Of a stretch of 31,131 bases of DNA, positions 17,845 to 26,403 are shown in pieces. The DNA is from a virus (lineage: Duplodnaviria > Heunggongvirae > Uroviricota > Caudoviricetes): positions 1 through 31,131 of the IMG/VR virus record IMGVR_UViG_3300045988_022899, one strand, 5' to 3'. The number at the start of each line of letters is the position of its first letter. Position 1 is the first letter of the stretch. The notes beneath the pieces are model-generated. The model did not search any database. It saw nothing but the letters and a program-made list of their open reading frames with translations, and was not told where the DNA came from. The translations under genes were made by a program, and so were the position numbers.

Positions 17845-18540
17845 TTATTTGCCATAGAGCACTTCGGCCGCACTACGCTGGCCTTCATTACCACCGGTGA
17901 CCATGCCATCTTCAGACATCGCCTTTCCGATTTTCACGAACGTTTTGACCAGATCAGGGTGATTACCCAGCCCGGTGGTGTTCAGATATTCTTTGAGTTC
18001 AGGTGTCCCGAACTGGTCAAGCGCACGCTGTGCGGCGCTAAGGTTAGAAATCAACTTGTCGCCACCGATTTCTTTGTCAGCTTTTACATCCGCAGCCCAC
18101 TGCTCGGTTGTTTTCTGCCAGGCTTCTGCCTGGCGCTGCTGAACACCTGCCAGAATCTTCGGATAAGCATCAACCAGCTTTTGCGCTTGCTCGTTGGTCA
18201 GGTTAAGTTCTCGCGCCACCGGCTCGAATTCCTTCAACGCTTCTGTATCCAGCTCTACGCCTTCGGCAGCCTGAAACTCGTACTTCTCAGGCGCACCCTC
18301 TGGTTTATCGCCGTCCTTTTTTTCATCCTGCTTATCGTTTTCAGGCTTTTTGTCATCAGCAGGTTTATCGCCATCAGCAACAGGTTGTGGCTTATCACCT
18401 TCCTGTTGTGATGGATCACCAACTGGAGCAGGGTTATCACCTGCAGGCGCTGACGGTTCTGACGCAGCCGGAGCTGCTCCACCATCGACTGGTTGCTCAT
18501 TGTAAAGACGGCGATACAGCAAACGCTCAAATAAATTCAT
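17845..18540 (-). CDS. Scaffolding protein (acidic, Pro/Asp/Lys-rich N-terminal region, helical C-terminus)
   Basis: ATG at 18540 with GGAG RBS; located between portal and capsid; highly charged low-complexity N-terminal half. Confidence 0.6.
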   Translation of the reverse strand: MNLFERLLYRRLYNEQPVDGGAAPAASEPSAPAGDNPAPVGDPSQQEGDKPQPVADGDKPADDKKPENDKQDEKKDGDKPEGAPEKYEFQAAEGVELDTEALKEFEPVARELNLTNEQAQKLVDAYPKILAGVQQRQAEAWQKTTEQWAADVKADKEIGGDKLISNLSAAQRALDQFGTPELKEYLNTTGLGNHPDLVKTFVKIGKAMSEDGMVTGGNEGQRSAAEVLYGK

Positions 18541-18542
18541 GA

Positions 18543-18839
18543 TCACTCCTGTTCACTGGCCTCTTTGGCCATCTTCAAATACTGTTCAGGGCAATGCGCC
18601 ATAACGCGCTGAAACAGTTCCAGCGCCAGATTGCGTTGCCCCTCATTAAATGCCATTGCCATAGCGTCCATCGGTGAGATAGCGGAAAACACACGGCCTT
18701 TCTCCAGCACAGACCAGACAACGCGACGCCCCTGTTCACTGCTCATGACAAAGCAAATGTCATCAATTTCACGCTGTGCCATGTCACGTTGCTTACGGGC
18801 GTTTTCTTCTTTCAGTTGATCGTCTTCGTAATCTGTCAT
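18543..18839 (-). CDS. Small head-assembly-region protein, unknown function
   Basis: ATGA overlap with the portal stop and TGA..ATG coupling to the scaffold gene. Confidence 0.45.
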   Translation of the reverse strand: MTDYEDDQLKEENARKQRDMAQREIDDICFVMSSEQGRRVVWSVLEKGRVFSAISPMDAMAMAFNEGQRNLALELFQRVMAHCPEQYLKMAKEASEQE

Positions 18840-20515
18840 TGTGATTGCCCACCCTGACCACTAACTGCATTCGCCATAGCTGACAACACACTCGGATCCG
18901 AAGTTTTAGCTTCGCTTAGCGTCTTGGCCCCCTGTGCCGCCGCCATCCCCATCGCCATCATTTGTTGCTGCTGTTGTTGCTGTGCCCGTTGCTGGCGAGC
19001 CTGCTCAACCTGTTCCTGCGGAACAATGACGGTTGGAGACACTCCGGACATATCAGCGAATGCATCGATCGCCTGATCAACGTTGAGTTTGTCGAGAGCT
19101 TCTGGTTTCGCTTGCGCAAGTTGACCAATGAAGTTAACCGTGGACGCCAGACTGGACAGGCCGATAGACTTCTGCGCCTGAGCCATGACGGAAATGTATT
19201 CGACCTTCAGGGGCATACCTTCCATCGCGTCAGGCGGTGGCGGCAGCATGTTTTTACGCACCATCATCGAGAAAGCGCGGTCAATGAGAGGGTTAAGACA
19301 TTCGTCGTTCAGACGCTCCAGAACCGGCCCCAACATCAGAAGCTTTTCTTCTTTCATTTCGATCACTGCTTCAACAGGCATCGAGCGGGTATTGATGTTC
19401 TGCAACATCATGAACAGATCGACAAAGTAGGCGCTGTTAATGATTTGGCGGGTGTCCTGAATGTCTGCTACCAGATCTGCTGTACTGGGGTTAACCAGAT
19501 AAGCAGGCCTGAAACCATCCTGACCAGTAATCTGATCGATATACGTGATGTCGCCAGGAAGAAGGGAGGCGCGCTGATTCTTGAGGGAAGTCGGAGCAAC
19601 CATCGGCGGATTGGTGGCTTTATCAATCAACTGCGACTTGCGCTTCTGGAGAAGCTGCAATGCCTTAACAGGTCCAAGCGCCAGCATACCCGGGCATGAT
19701 GATCCATAAACATCTTCGCCATTAACTTCCCAGCGCGGAGCCATAATTGGAAACTCATCAAATCCGGACTCACGCAACAACTTGTCGTTATCGCCACCAA
19801 CCTCGTAATAAACCGATTTGAATGGCTTGTTCTTGCTATCCAGCTTCGATGTATCGCGGTCAATGTTCGGGTAAACCGAATGCATCACGTCAATCCACTT
19901 CTCGTAGGTGCCGCTTTCCCACATGCTTTTTACGGATTCGCTGACGTTATTTAGCCCGAACTCCTGAACAAGCTGACGAACAGTCATAGAGAACTTGCGA
20001 AAACAGGTGTCCACACTGCCACGAGGTGAGTTAGCCAGGTAGTAACTGCCTATCGGGAATGGCATTGTGCGAATGATGTCCTCGTCATCCTCCAGCACCG
20101 CCATTGCACCAGTGCTGTATGTGCCGAGGCTTCCGTATAACTGCGGAAGAGACTGGTAGAGATTCGACTTATTGAACATATCGTTCATGCGGTTCTGCAC
20201 CGCCTCGAGCCACAACTTAACAGGACCATAATCCATCATTTCAGGATCTGGCGTAGCCAGGCGAAACCACGGACGCGCAGGGCTTGTGATGCCTGACATC
20301 ATGCCGCTGGCGAGAGTGCGCGCCGCCATAGTCCCGGTAGAATCAATAATGCGTGTATTGCGTCGATCGTTACGGTTGACCTCAGAAGTCAGAAAGCGGG
20401 AACCACGCGGGTTGATGTAATCACTCAACTCGCGCCAGTGCGGCTCGAACGACTGACGCTCGCTTTCAAGTTGTGCGAACTGTTTGTTCAATCGCTCTTT
20501 AGTTGTTTCCGCCAT
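18836..20515 (-). CDS. Portal (head-to-tail connector) protein, T7 gp8-like
   Basis: 559 aa; Gln/Ala/Met-rich C-terminal tail (QQRAQQQQQQQMMAMGMAAAQGA) resembling the T7 gp8 C-terminus; GGAG RBS. Confidence 0.75.
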   Translation of the reverse strand: MAETTKERLNKQFAQLESERQSFEPHWRELSDYINPRGSRFLTSEVNRNDRRNTRIIDSTGTMAARTLASGMMSGITSPARPWFRLATPDPEMMDYGPVKLWLEAVQNRMNDMFNKSNLYQSLPQLYGSLGTYSTGAMAVLEDDEDIIRTMPFPIGSYYLANSPRGSVDTCFRKFSMTVRQLVQEFGLNNVSESVKSMWESGTYEKWIDVMHSVYPNIDRDTSKLDSKNKPFKSVYYEVGGDNDKLLRESGFDEFPIMAPRWEVNGEDVYGSSCPGMLALGPVKALQLLQKRKSQLIDKATNPPMVAPTSLKNQRASLLPGDITYIDQITGQDGFRPAYLVNPSTADLVADIQDTRQIINSAYFVDLFMMLQNINTRSMPVEAVIEMKEEKLLMLGPVLERLNDECLNPLIDRAFSMMVRKNMLPPPPDAMEGMPLKVEYISVMAQAQKSIGLSSLASTVNFIGQLAQAKPEALDKLNVDQAIDAFADMSGVSPTVIVPQEQVEQARQQRAQQQQQQQMMAMGMAAAQGAKTLSEAKTSDPSVLSAMANAVSGQGGQSQ

Positions 20516-20529
20516 TTCAATGACTCCGG

Positions 20530-20736
20530 TTACTGACCAAGCAGCGTTTTACCGCTGGTATTAGCGGTTGATGTGTCGCCCTGAGAACCGGTAAGCAGCG
20601 TAGAACTACGACCAGCAGCAGCGCGACGGCGACGTGTTTCTTCGTCGCGGGCATCAACAACGGCGGCATCCTGCTCCTGTGGTGCTGCCTGAACTTCTGG
20701 TGTTGCAGGCACTGATGGTGAGCTACCCATGCACAT
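20530..20736 (-). CDS. Small protein preceding the portal gene, unknown function
   Basis: ATG at 20736 with the same GGAGTCATTGA RBS context as the portal gene; preferred over the overlapping alternative frame 20517-20756. Confidence 0.45.
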   Translation of the reverse strand: MCMGSSPSVPATPEVQAAPQEQDAAVVDARDEETRRRRAAAGRSSTLLTGSQGDTSTANTSGKTLLGQ

Positions 20737-20826
20737 ATCAATGACTCCGTACGCAATTAAATTATTACCAATTTAACCACATATGATTTATTTATCGTAG
20801 AAGGTTGACATTTAACGCGTGAATTA

Positions 20827-20841
20827 TTACCTTTCAGGTAA
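20827..20841. promoter_or_regulatory. Operator palindrome TTACCTTTCAGGTAA with upstream TTGACA (20805-20810)
   Basis: Perfect 6-3-6 palindrome over the -10/+1 region of a putative rightward promoter for the plus-strand insert. Confidence 0.5.
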
Positions 20842-21163
20842 CCAAAGAGCTCATTCTGGTTACTAACCTGACTGGCTTGTCGTTAAATTAAACAGGTGGA
20901 GTGAGCTTTTATTTTGAGCAGTACGGCGTATGGCACATGCGCCGATAGCGGTCTGGATACGTTTAAGGGGCACCCTCCCTTGCTCGGGCAAACGAACCAG
21001 GTAGCCGGAATGTGCAAGTCGAGCGGTTTTATTCCGCGCACGGGGATTCACCATCCCGGCGATTCGGTGTGACGCCTCGGAAGAGACGAGGGTACAACGA
21101 TGAGAGCATTTATGGAGCCGCGACAAAGTGTGGCGCCTTAACAGGCTAAGTGCTCTCAGCGTT

Positions 21164-21240
21164 GTGGCATTAGCTCAGTTGGACAGAGCAACCGCCTTCT
21201 AAGCGGTTTGTCGCAGGTTCGAATCCTGCATGCCACGCCA
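21164..21240 (+). tRNA. tRNA-Arg (anticodon UCU)
   Basis: Hand-folded cloverleaf: 7-bp acceptor stem GTGGCAT/ATGCCAC, anticodon stem ACCGC/GCGGT with loop CTTCTAA, T-arm GCAGG-TTCGAAT-CCTGC, 3' GCCA; resembles E. coli argU. Confidence 0.85.
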
Positions 21241-21283
21241 GAATCACGCCTAAGGACCGTGATGCCAGAAGTTCCAGGTGCTT

Positions 21284-21325
21284 GGCGGTGATGGTTTCCC
21301 TTGAAGGACTATCACCGCCCTTTTT
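21284..21325 (+). terminator. Intrinsic terminator after the tRNA
   Basis: GGCGGTGAT...ATCACCGCC stem followed by CTTTTT. Confidence 0.6.
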
Positions 21326-21403
21326 ACAGCAGGACGCCATTGCGATGACTTCATGCTGTAAACCAGTACAGCCACGGAAGGCATAACTCATTGCTTCCAG
21401 TTC

Positions 21404-21427
21404 GCCCGGTTCGCCGGGCATTTTTTT
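21404..21427 (+). terminator. Intrinsic terminator/attenuator GCCCGG-TTCG-CCGGGC plus T7, ending 11 nt before the next ATG
   Basis: Seen in sequence; tetraloop hairpin and T-run directly upstream of the AAGGTGAG RBS of the 21439 gene. Confidence 0.6.
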
Positions 21428-21438
21428 AAGGTGAGATT

Positions 21439-21801
21439 ATGAACGACCAGCAAATCGAAAAAGAAATCGTTGAGAAAGGCAAAACAGCACCTCGTGTTAC
21501 CCCGGAACGCATTGAAGCTGTTATCTCAGGCGAGTTTTACTTTACCGGCGCGGATGGGTATCGCAGCTCACCGTTGTGGCTGAAGCAGGAAGAGCCTGAA
21601 CCGGCCCCGCAATCACTCGAACTGCTGACTTTCTGCGTACTGGTGCTGAAGAATGGCTTCACCGTCACCGGAGATAGTGCCTGTGCAAGTCCGGAAAATT
21701 TTGATGCAGAAATTGGTCGGAAGATTGCCCGGCAGAATGCTGTAAACAAAATCTGGATGCTCGAAGGTTACTTGCTGAAGCAGAAGCTAAGCGAGCAATA
21801 A
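21439..21801 (+). CDS. Small phage protein, possibly Gp49/Sf6 gp66-like family
   Basis: ATG at 21439 with AAGGTGAG RBS; 120 aa; family assignment from memory of similar ~100-aa phage proteins, unverified. Confidence 0.4.
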   Translation: MNDQQIEKEIVEKGKTAPRVTPERIEAVISGEFYFTGADGYRSSPLWLKQEEPEPAPQSLELLTFCVLVLKNGFTVTGDSACASPENFDAEIGRKIARQNAVNKIWMLEGYLLKQKLSEQ

Positions 21802-21805
21802 CACC

Positions 21806-21817
21806 GTGACATGTCAC
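21806..21817. repeat. 12-bp palindrome GTGACATGTCAC (copy 2 of 3)
   Basis: Seen in sequence, 5 bp after the stop at 21801 and just before a terminator hairpin. Confidence 0.6.
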
Positions 21818-21821
21818 AAAC

Positions 21822-21848
21822 AGCCAGCCGATGAGCTGGCTTTGTTTT
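21822..21848 (+). terminator. Intrinsic terminator AGCCAGC-CGATG-GCTGGCT plus TTGTTTT
   Basis: Seen in sequence. Confidence 0.6.
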
Positions 21849-21891
21849 ATCCTCACCAGAGGATATCAACGACATTATCCCCACCAGCGGA

Positions 21892-23367
21892 TTAAGCATA
21901 GGGATCGTAATCTGTGATGGCCTTGCCTTTCTGGTTCTGCTGCCCGGGAATTCGCAGACGCTTCGACACAGGGAAAGCAAACGTCAGCAGTAGCGCATCG
22001 CCTTTACCCGGCGAACGCCCAAGCCGCTCCTTGATATCTTCCTTCGGTTCGATAACGATTTTACCGTCCACGCGAACTTTGTACTCTGCCGCCGACAGGT
22101 CGTCCGCTGTTTCCTGGTCATCCAGCATGCCGCCCAGCCTCAGCCATGTCTTGCATGAGTTGAACATCTCCCCACGCTTGTTAAGCATCTGCGGGTCAGT
22201 AGACGCGCCACCGAACGGAACAAGTTGCCATGTACGCCCCCAACCGTCACCGATTGACTTCAGACCGGTACCGTAACCGAAGTCGATGAACACCGCGTCA
22301 GCCTGGTACTGGTCTTCAAAGTCAGCGATACGCTTCGCCATAATCAGATCGTCGGTGGTCTTGTTACCAGTCCATAGCACCTTACTGTGCAGCCCCTGCC
22401 GCAGGTATATCACCGCGTCATCAACGCCTGAATATGCCGGGTCAACACCGATTATCACCGGAGCATGCGCCACCTGCGCAGCGGTTACCACCCGTTTCAT
22501 TGCCTCATCAGTAAGACCGGTAGGGATAAACTGCAATTCAGATGCATCAGGGAATATGCCGCGCACACGGATTTTAACGAAGTCGCTGTCTTCCCCGTAG
22601 TCATCAACCCATTTCTGCAACTGCTGTTTGTTAGTGCCTTCCACCGTCCGGCTGTCAATCTGCGCAGTTTTCCAGCGGTGTTTATATTTGCGGAAACATT
22701 CACGGAATCGCCCGGTATTACGCGTCGGGTTTCCGAACGCCACCCAGATAATCTCAGTGTCTTCGTCCGTTAGCGCACCTTCGGCAACTTCCCACACCAG
22801 ATCCGCAATGTTCGACGCTTCATCGAATACCACGATGATGCGTTTGCGCTCGTTGTGTAGTCCGGCGAATGCCTCAGTGTTGTGCTCAGACCAGGGGATT
22901 GCGTCAGCTCGCCACCGCTTGTCGTGCCCAGGATCATTGCTGTACATCGCGGTAGCGGTACAGGTAAACCAGTCTTTCGTGATAGCAAGGTTCGACCACT
23001 TGATAATTTCCGGCCAGGTCTTCGTTCGTAGCTGGTTGTCGGTGTTGGCGGTCACCACGACCTTACAATCCTCGCAAGTGGACATGCCCCAGTTGATCAG
23101 CATTGAGATGAATGCGGATTTACCAATACCGTGACCAGAAGCGCGTGCCAACATAAGCGGCTGATAGCGCGTCTCTGGATTCTGCAGGTGATCACGTATC
23201 TCTCGGAACGCATCAGCCTGCCACTGACGTGGGCCGGTAGCATGTGCCAGTTCAGTCCCCTCTTCCCCCCACGGGAACGCATAGAGGGCATAGCCAAGCG
23301 GATCGTGAGTGAACCCTGCAATATCCTCGATTAACTGCTCTTCAGGAGATAACGCTGTATCTGTCAC
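21892..23367 (-). CDS. Terminase large subunit, 491 aa
   Basis: Size, position after the small subunit, and nucleotide-binding/nuclease-type motifs (ARASGHGIGKSAF..., VVFDEASNI, IIGVDPAY); 4-nt overlap with the upstream gene. Confidence 0.8.
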   Translation of the reverse strand: MTDTALSPEEQLIEDIAGFTHDPLGYALYAFPWGEEGTELAHATGPRQWQADAFREIRDHLQNPETRYQPLMLARASGHGIGKSAFISMLINWGMSTCEDCKVVVTANTDNQLRTKTWPEIIKWSNLAITKDWFTCTATAMYSNDPGHDKRWRADAIPWSEHNTEAFAGLHNERKRIIVVFDEASNIADLVWEVAEGALTDEDTEIIWVAFGNPTRNTGRFRECFRKYKHRWKTAQIDSRTVEGTNKQQLQKWVDDYGEDSDFVKIRVRGIFPDASELQFIPTGLTDEAMKRVVTAAQVAHAPVIIGVDPAYSGVDDAVIYLRQGLHSKVLWTGNKTTDDLIMAKRIADFEDQYQADAVFIDFGYGTGLKSIGDGWGRTWQLVPFGGASTDPQMLNKRGEMFNSCKTWLRLGGMLDDQETADDLSAAEYKVRVDGKIVIEPKEDIKERLGRSPGKGDALLLTFAFPVSKRLRIPGQQNQKGKAITDYDPYA

Positions 23368-23957
23368 TGATTACCATCCTGACGTTCTTTGAGTCGCTTC
23401 CTGGCTGCTGCTATGCGATCAGCAATTGTCACATTCACATTAACATCCAGGCGTTCTTTGAATGCGTTGACATCAACATGCTTACCAATCAGCTCAAGGT
23501 TCTTCACCTTGTCAGGCCATTTAATTTTTTTGAGGATTGTCTCTATCGAATCCTCGTTCATGTTCATGATGGTCGATGACAGATCAAAGCCACTAAGCGT
23601 AGTGCGCCAGATTTTCGGCCACTCACGGATTGGTTTAAGGCTCCCATCGTCGTTGAGGATGTCGATCACGTCCATCTGGTCGATCTCCACCAGGCGCATG
23701 AGAACGTAATCAGCACTGACGCGCATTCGTTTGTTGCGCTCTTCCATCAGCTCGGCAATCCGTTTTTGAATGCGTTCATCGCGCATCATGACACTGGCTT
23801 TAACTGCCGCTGTATTTGGGGAGAATCCTGCGTTAATCGCTGCCTGAGTCTGGTTTTCAGGCGTTTTGATGTATGACTGGCAATAAGCCTCCTGCATTGC
23901 TGTTAGTGGCTTAAATTGCGTTGATTTGCGTTTATAGGTTTTAGGTTCAGCAGGCAT
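23364..23957 (-). CDS. Terminase small subunit
   Basis: Likely start at the second of two ATGs (23957) with GGTGG RBS; the track ORF N-terminal extension runs through a terminator hairpin. Called by position and size; basic helical N-terminal region. Confidence 0.6.
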   Translation of the reverse strand: MPAEPKTYKRKSTQFKPLTAMQEAYCQSYIKTPENQTQAAINAGFSPNTAAVKASVMMRDERIQKRIAELMEERNKRMRVSADYVLMRLVEIDQMDVIDILNDDGSLKPIREWPKIWRTTLSGFDLSSTIMNMNEDSIETILKKIKWPDKVKNLELIGKHVDVNAFKERLDVNVNVTIADRIAAARKRLKERQDGNQ

Positions 23958-24002
23958 CATAACCACCGTGGTAATAGTTACCGTTGTGGTAATAGTACCA
24001 TG

Positions 24003-24030
24003 CAAAATAAAGCCGCCATAGTTGGCGGCA
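24003..24030 (-). terminator. Hairpin GCCGCC-N6-GGCGGC plus TTTATTTT on the minus strand, immediately upstream of the terminase genes
   Basis: Seen in sequence; between the stop of the last early gene (24035) and the small-terminase start. Confidence 0.5.
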
Positions 24031-24034
24031 GTAT

Positions 24035-24247
24035 TCAAAGTCCATCAAATTCATCGTAAAAACTCTCGTCAAGATACCCTTCCCATTTACCGCGAATGAA
24101 AATTACATCCTCGCCGCAAGGGTGCTGACTGTCGATAACTATATCCCTCCTGGCGCAACCATACTTATGCATGAGAAATTTAACCTCTTTCGGAAAATTT
24201 GCTGAGTTATCTCTCATATCTTCAAGGTCGTAGCGTATTTTTGGCAT
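24035..24247 (-). CDS. Small early-region protein, unknown function (70 aa)
   Basis: ATG at 24247 with AAGGTG RBS (the track ORF starts at a GTG inside the palindrome). Confidence 0.45.
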   Translation of the reverse strand: MPKIRYDLEDMRDNSANFPKEVKFLMHKYGCARRDIVIDSQHPCGEDVIFIRGKWEGYLDESFYDEFDGL

Positions 24248-24256
24248 AACACCTTC

Positions 24257-24268
24257 GTGACATGTCAC
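24257..24268. repeat. 12-bp palindrome GTGACATGTCAC (copy 3 of 3)
   Basis: Seen in sequence; overlaps the TGA stop of the 24265-24603 gene. Confidence 0.6.
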
Positions 24269-24603
24269 ACTATTAATTTCGTTTCATGCCAGCCTTTAGT
24301 CACCCAGCATTGCGAGTCACCATTACACGGGCATGAATTAACTGGAACTCTCTCGCCGCACTTACCGCAACGTTTTCTGCTGATCGATTTTATACGCCCG
24401 CGCACGCGTGCATCATCCTGGCGGATCAGTAACGCTATATACTCACCAAATTCGTAAGGCGCACGCCCGGGGCGACGCGCGGCACAGTTACGCTCCAGCA
24501 TTTCAATTTCCTGAGCATCAAGCACAATCTCCAGCTTACGCACACCAGATGCAGCTTGTCTGGCTCTCTGAGCGGCTTTGCGCTCTGCTGCTGATTTAGC
24601 CAT
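24265..24603 (-). CDS. Small basic Cys-cluster (zinc-finger-like) protein, unknown function
   Basis: ATG at 24603 overlapping the upstream stop; CGKCG...NSCPC cysteine cluster. Confidence 0.45.
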   Translation of the reverse strand: MAKSAAERKAAQRARQAASGVRKLEIVLDAQEIEMLERNCAARRPGRAPYEFGEYIALLIRQDDARVRGRIKSISRKRCGKCGERVPVNSCPCNGDSQCWVTKGWHETKLIV

Positions 24604-24877
24604 CAATATTCACCTTTATCGCGAACACCTTTACCGGTTTATCTCCGAAGTGCGGATGTGTGATTGTCTTGATTTCATATCCGTCATACGGAACATCAAT
24701 TCTACGGCTGGAATCGTCGCGCTTCGGATATCCCTTTGTGATAATCAGGCGGTCATACTTACGGTTAACGAGGCGCTTATTCCAGTAGTCATTACACAGG
24801 CGATACTCTTCCGTTTTCTCGCCTGACTTCATCTGGTCGAAATATTCACCGTTAACTGCCAGTTGCAGGTTAGCCAC
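24596..24877 (-). CDS. Small protein, possibly ASCH/PUA-like fold
   Basis: GTG start at 24877 with strong AGGAGG RBS (the track ORF is extended upstream); fold guess from the EYFDQMKSGEKTEEYRL...YDRLIITKGYP pattern, unverified. Confidence 0.35.
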   Translation of the reverse strand: MANLQLAVNGEYFDQMKSGEKTEEYRLCNDYWNKRLVNRKYDRLIITKGYPKRDDSSRRIDVPYDGYEIKTITHPHFGDKPVKVFAIKVNIDG

Positions 24878-26102
24878 GGTTAACCTCCTGCGGCGGTTCC
24901 GGTAGCGGCATCCAGTGTGACGGTTTCCACGACGCACCAGGAATTATCCACCCATCATTAGCGTCAGGATGCCCCGGGATGTAAGTCGCCCATTTCATTC
25001 GCCAGTCACCTTTCCTGTCAAACTCCACGGCAACAAGAACGGCTGTTTTGGTATCCGGCATTCGCTCACTACAGCTTATCCAACTATCCGGAGTTACCGG
25101 AGAGTTGCCAGCCAGTCTACGCAAAACAGCCTTAACAGCCTCAATACGGTCATCATCGCAATTTTCCAGCGTATCTATGCGGTCGAGCATGATGATGGCG
25201 TTATCAATATCAGGATTGCCAGTCCACTCATTACCGCGATTGGATTCGGCAGCCTGGTTGCCAGATGCTGGCTGATTGTCGGCTTGGCTATAGCTAACAG
25301 CACGGCAGGCATCCTCTACGTTCTTCACTGCATCTGCGCAGTAGTTATAGCGATTGCATTCCACTAACTTCTGCTTGAGATTTTCAATTGCTTGCGCGAC
25401 ATCAGCCTGTATTGGCGGAACGGCTGTTTGCTCTCGAACGTCATTAGTCGCTATCGGTTCTGCTGCCAACTGACTGGCATATTTGTTAATGGTAACGATA
25501 AGCTCTTGCTCAGCCTCATCCAGACAATCACCGATACCTCGCCTGTCACCGTCAAAATCATCGAAATCGGCACGAATCCTGGCAACCTTCAGGATTGCGG
25601 ACAACACCTCACTAGGAATTGCCGGATAGTTGGTTGACGTTTCCGCGATTTCCCGAAAATTATTGGTTGACGAATTCTTGTTTTCCCGAAAGTTTCCGGA
25701 CTGAAGCATGGCGGCGCGGCAGGCGTTCCATATTTCGGCAGCAATATCGCGCTCGCTATCGGTTAATTTGTACGTTGAAACATAGCCAGAGAGCATTTCT
25801 ACGTTTTCCGGAGTTGCTTCTTCAGGCACTACCGGTGCTGGAGGGGCGGCGTAAATGCCCTCTATCACTAAATGTTTGCGCTCAAAATCATCTGGCTCTC
25901 GATGATATACGTAACTCCAATCACCAAGGTTATCATTGCGCCTGCAACGGAAACCTATCGGCTCTGCTTCCAGCGATGCCAACGCGATACGCGCCAGTTC
26001 CCTAAGATTTTCGCTATATGGTGAAGTATTATCACGGTTGATTACGTGATTAGCTGTATCTATGAGAACTTGCTTTTGTTCTTCTCTGGTCATAGTGGTC
26101 AT
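24870..26102 (-). CDS. Phage protein with a DUF551-like C-terminal domain, 410 aa
   Basis: C-terminal WISCSERMPD...GDWRMKWATYIP...WKPSHWMPLPEPP resembles the DUF551 signature as recalled; acidic N-terminal two-thirds. Confidence 0.45.
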   Translation of the reverse strand: MTTMTREEQKQVLIDTANHVINRDNTSPYSENLRELARIALASLEAEPIGFRCRRNDNLGDWSYVYHREPDDFERKHLVIEGIYAAPPAPVVPEEATPENVEMLSGYVSTYKLTDSERDIAAEIWNACRAAMLQSGNFRENKNSSTNNFREIAETSTNYPAIPSEVLSAILKVARIRADFDDFDGDRRGIGDCLDEAEQELIVTINKYASQLAAEPIATNDVREQTAVPPIQADVAQAIENLKQKLVECNRYNYCADAVKNVEDACRAVSYSQADNQPASGNQAAESNRGNEWTGNPDIDNAIIMLDRIDTLENCDDDRIEAVKAVLRRLAGNSPVTPDSWISCSERMPDTKTAVLVAVEFDRKGDWRMKWATYIPGHPDANDGWIIPGASWKPSHWMPLPEPPQEVNRG

Positions 26103-26103
26103 A

Positions 26104-26403
26104 TCACATCACCCTGAAGCCGTTGCATTTACGTAAGAAATCGCAGATATAGCCCTTCATTTTTTCATGCCAATCTCGATCATTCCCATTGCACCAACCA
26201 TCAGGTGGAGTCCAGTTTTCTATCAGAGCAGCCATTTTCTTTGCTTTCGCCGGAGTAGCTGTTGCGGTATCGCAGTAATGACGAGTGTCAACCAACGTAT
26301 CCATACCATCGATATCAAGTACGCAAAACCATGTGTGATTCGGCATTTCAACAGATGGTATTTGTTGCCCGCGTCGACGTTTATCAATAAGACATACAGT
26401 CAC
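26104..26403 (-). CDS. Hypothetical early protein, 99 aa
   Basis: Coupled to both neighbours (4-nt overlap upstream, 2-nt gap downstream). Confidence 0.4.
   Translation of the reverse strand: MTVCLIDKRRRGQQIPSVEMPNHTWFCVLDIDGMDTLVDTRHYCDTATATPAKAKKMAALIENWTPPDGWCNGNDRDWHEKMKGYICDFLRKCNGFRVM

Noticed and set aside
5080-19699. Plus-strand ORFs embedded in the virion operon (5080-5313, 5746-6207, 6606-7025, 9040-9363, 10879-11496, 13897-14286, 14587-15291, 15824-16303, 17830-18411, 18962-19699 and others)
   Set aside because: All lie antisense to long, translationally coupled minus-strand genes with recognisable phage products; they lack RBSs and read as low-complexity antisense frames.
20517-20756. 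Alternative minus-strand frame (79 aa) overlapping the 20530-20736 ORF
   Set aside because: His/Arg/Cys-rich composition typical of an out-of-frame read; the 20530-20736 frame has an ATG with the same RBS context as the portal gene.
20863-21421. Minus-strand ORFs 20863-21126 and 21170-21421
   Set aside because: They overlap the tRNA-Arg and its noncoding leader on the opposite strand and have no RBS.
22286-23134. Plus-strand ORFs inside the terminase large-subunit gene
   Set aside because: Antisense to a long, conserved minus-strand gene.
23958-24038. N-terminal extension of the small-terminase ORF (TTG start at 24038)
   Set aside because: The extension runs through an intrinsic terminator hairpin and a direct repeat; ATGs at 23960/23957 with a GGTGG RBS are the plausible start.
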